In this document: positions 24,089 through 25,511 of the stretch, piece by piece
Layout of the letters: each line of letters opens with the position of its first letter
How positions within the stretch are numbered: position 1 is the first letter of the stretch
Origin: a virus
Taxonomy: Duplodnaviria > Caudoviricetes
Direction: 5' to 3' (one strand)
Virus record (IMG/VR): IMGVR_UViG_3300044267_002889
Coordinates: 1-25,511 of that record
DNA: 25,511 bases
Translations under genes and position numbers: made by a program
Notes under the pieces: model-generated
What the model was told of the DNA's origin: nothing
The model's database searches: none
The model's input: the letters and a program-made list of their open reading frames with translations, nothing else

Positions 24089-25511
24089 ATGTCTAAACAA
24101 TATGAATCAGGTCAGACCCTTCAGCAGAAGATTGCCAAGGGTATTGATGTCTTGGCTGACAATGTAGCAGCCACAATGGGACCACGAGGACGCAATGTTA
24201 TCCTACACCAAGAAGGTTCCAGCCCAATCATTACAAAGGACGGAGTAACAGTCGCCAAGTTTGTTGACTTGGAAGACCCCTTTGAGAATGTCGGCGTTCA
24301 AATCCTAAAACAGGTAGCCGACCAAACTAACACAGATGCAGGCGACGGCACCACGACATCCACAGTCTTAGCCCGAGCAATCTACCGAGCAGCCCAACAG
24401 TATGTTCTCGCTGGCTCATCCCCAACAGAACTCAAGCGAGGTATGGAGAAAGCGGTAGATGTTATTACCAGCAGACTGAAAGACAGTGCTATGCCAATTA
24501 AAACAAAAGAAGACATTGAGCACATCGCCACCATCTCAGCCAACGGTGACAAGACCATCGGCAGTCTGATTGCTACAGCAGTAGACAAGGCAGGAAAAGA
24601 CGGGGCTATTACTGTAGAAGAGGCTCGCTCAATGAATACGAGCCTTGACATTGTTGAGGGATTCCGCTTTGATTCTGGCTTCTTATCCCCGCAGTTTATT
24701 AACGATGAGCGTCGGTCTGCGATTACTTACCACGACCCAATGATTCTGGTGACTGATGCCAAGATTGATTCTGTTGAGGATATGCTCCCTGCCCTTGAAC
24801 TGGTCGCAAGAGAAGGGCGACCCTTCCTGATTGTAGCCGAGGACATTGAAGGGCAAGCACTCGCCGCTTTGATTATGAATGCAGTGCGAGGCACAATGAA
24901 GGTGGCAGCAGTCAAGGCTCCTCGCTACGGAGAAGAGAGACGAAACATTATTAGTGACCTTGCGCTTTCTGTCGGAGCAACTCTTATCACAAAAGAAAAA
25001 GACTTGACCCTGCGTGATGTAAAGTTGGAGCACTTCGGAACATCCAAGAAGATTGATGTGACCAAGAACCTGACGACCGTGATTGATGGGTTGGGAGAAC
25101 CAACCGAGATCCAAGAGAGAATCTCAGTGCTCAGGGACCAAGTGGCTGCTTCAGATACACTAGAGGAAGGCGAGGCAATCCAAGAGCGCATCACCAGATT
25201 GGCTAGTGGTGTAGCCATCATCCGTGTCGGAGCATCCACCGAGGTTGAGATGATTGAGAAGCGACACAGGATTGAGGATGCTTTGGAAGCAGTGCGAGCA
25301 GCAAAGGACGACGGTATCATCACAGGTGGAGGCACTGCGCTTCTGCGTGTGGTCCAAGGGCTAGAGGTGGAGACAGAGAACACCGAACAAGCTCAAGGTG
25401 TTGAGATTATTAAAGAAGCCTGCTACGAACCTATCAAACAAATCCTAACCAACGCAGGGAAATCGCCTGATGTTGTCATCAATAACATCTTACAAAGCGA
25501 CCAAGCCGACA
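24089..25511 (+). CDS. groEL: Chaperonin GroEL, truncated at window end (absent from the ORF track)
   Basis: Manual translation from ATG 24089 (GAGGT RBS): MSKQY...TMGPRGRNV...ITKDGVTVAK...AGDGTTT...ISANGD...EGFRFDSG...AEDIEG.AL...VKAPRYG...RLASGVA.I.VGA.TEVE..EK..RIEDAL; no stop seen before the end. Confidence 0.95.
   Translation, partial: MSKQYESGQTLQQKIAKGIDVLADNVAATMGPRGRNVILHQEGSSPIITKDGVTVAKFVDLEDPFENVGVQILKQVADQTNTDAGDGTTTSTVLARAIYRAAQQYVLAGSSPTELKRGMEKAVDVITSRLKDSAMPIKTKEDIEHIATISANGDKTIGSLIATAVDKAGKDGAITVEEARSMNTSLDIVEGFRFDSGFLSPQFINDERRSAITYHDPMILVTDAKIDSVEDMLPALELVAREGRPFLIVAEDIEGQALAALIMNAVRGTMKVAAVKAPRYGEERRNIISDLALSVGATLITKEKDLTLRDVKLEHFGTSKKIDVTKNLTTVIDGLGEPTEIQERISVLRDQVAASDTLEEGEAIQERITRLASGVAIIRVGASTEVEMIEKRHRIEDALEAVRAAKDDGIITGGGTALLRVVQGLEVETENTEQAQGVEIIKEACYEPIKQILTNAGKSPDVVINNILQSDQAD

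Noticed and set aside
24382-25383. Minus-strand ORFs of 62-152 aa listed in the track
   Set aside because: They are antisense shadows of the + strand groEL, which the track missed because it has no stop within the window.
1-25511. Stop-codon reassignment, introns or inteins in recA, dnaB, nrdJ and dnaE
   Set aside because: Genes are full-length and uninterrupted under the standard code, TAA, TAG and TGA all end genes at sensible positions, and I saw no intein-sized insertions.
1-25511. tRNA or rRNA genes
   Set aside because: Intergenic gaps are short and none showed a cloverleaf with a T-loop consensus by eye.
1-25511. Bacterial chromosome origin, given recA, dnaE, cysK, groEL, clpP and guaB-like genes
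   Set aside because: These unrelated functions are packed co-directionally with phage-type hypotheticals, an HNH-AP2 gene and a Mom-like gene, and the proteins are divergent; this fits a large phage better.

Overview
A gene-dense segment of a large tailed dsDNA bacteriophage, with every supported gene on the + strand and many coupled by short stop/start overlaps. Replication and recombination genes: RecA/UvsX, 5'-3' exonuclease, DnaB-like helicase and a family C DnaE polymerase. Nucleotide metabolism: class II B12-dependent NrdJ, dUTPase and an IMPDH/GMP-reductase-family enzyme. Also present are a UvsE UV-repair endonuclease, an HNH-AP2 homing endonuclease, GroES-like and GroEL chaperonins (GroEL is truncated at the window end and missing from the ORF track), a ClpP-like protease, a cysteine synthase, a Mom-like DNA-modification enzyme coupled to dnaE, and an L,D-transpeptidase-like cell-wall enzyme. 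Near-consensus sigma70 promoters and three hairpin+U-tract elements are visible. The best leads are: (i) a block of degenerate flavoprotein-like ORF, Gly/Met-rich ORF, cysteine synthase, nucleotidyltransferase-like ORF, DnaE and Mom-like enzyme, which may be an undescribed DNA/nucleotide modification pathway; (ii) a shared 'MKELLTEWR.F.NE' leader cassette fused to unrelated cargo proteins downstream of the ClpP-like gene, possibly a capsid-targeting system; (iii) a stand-alone sigma region-4 protein and a candidate ACTATTTA late-promoter motif. All calls come from motif recognition by eye; no searches were run.
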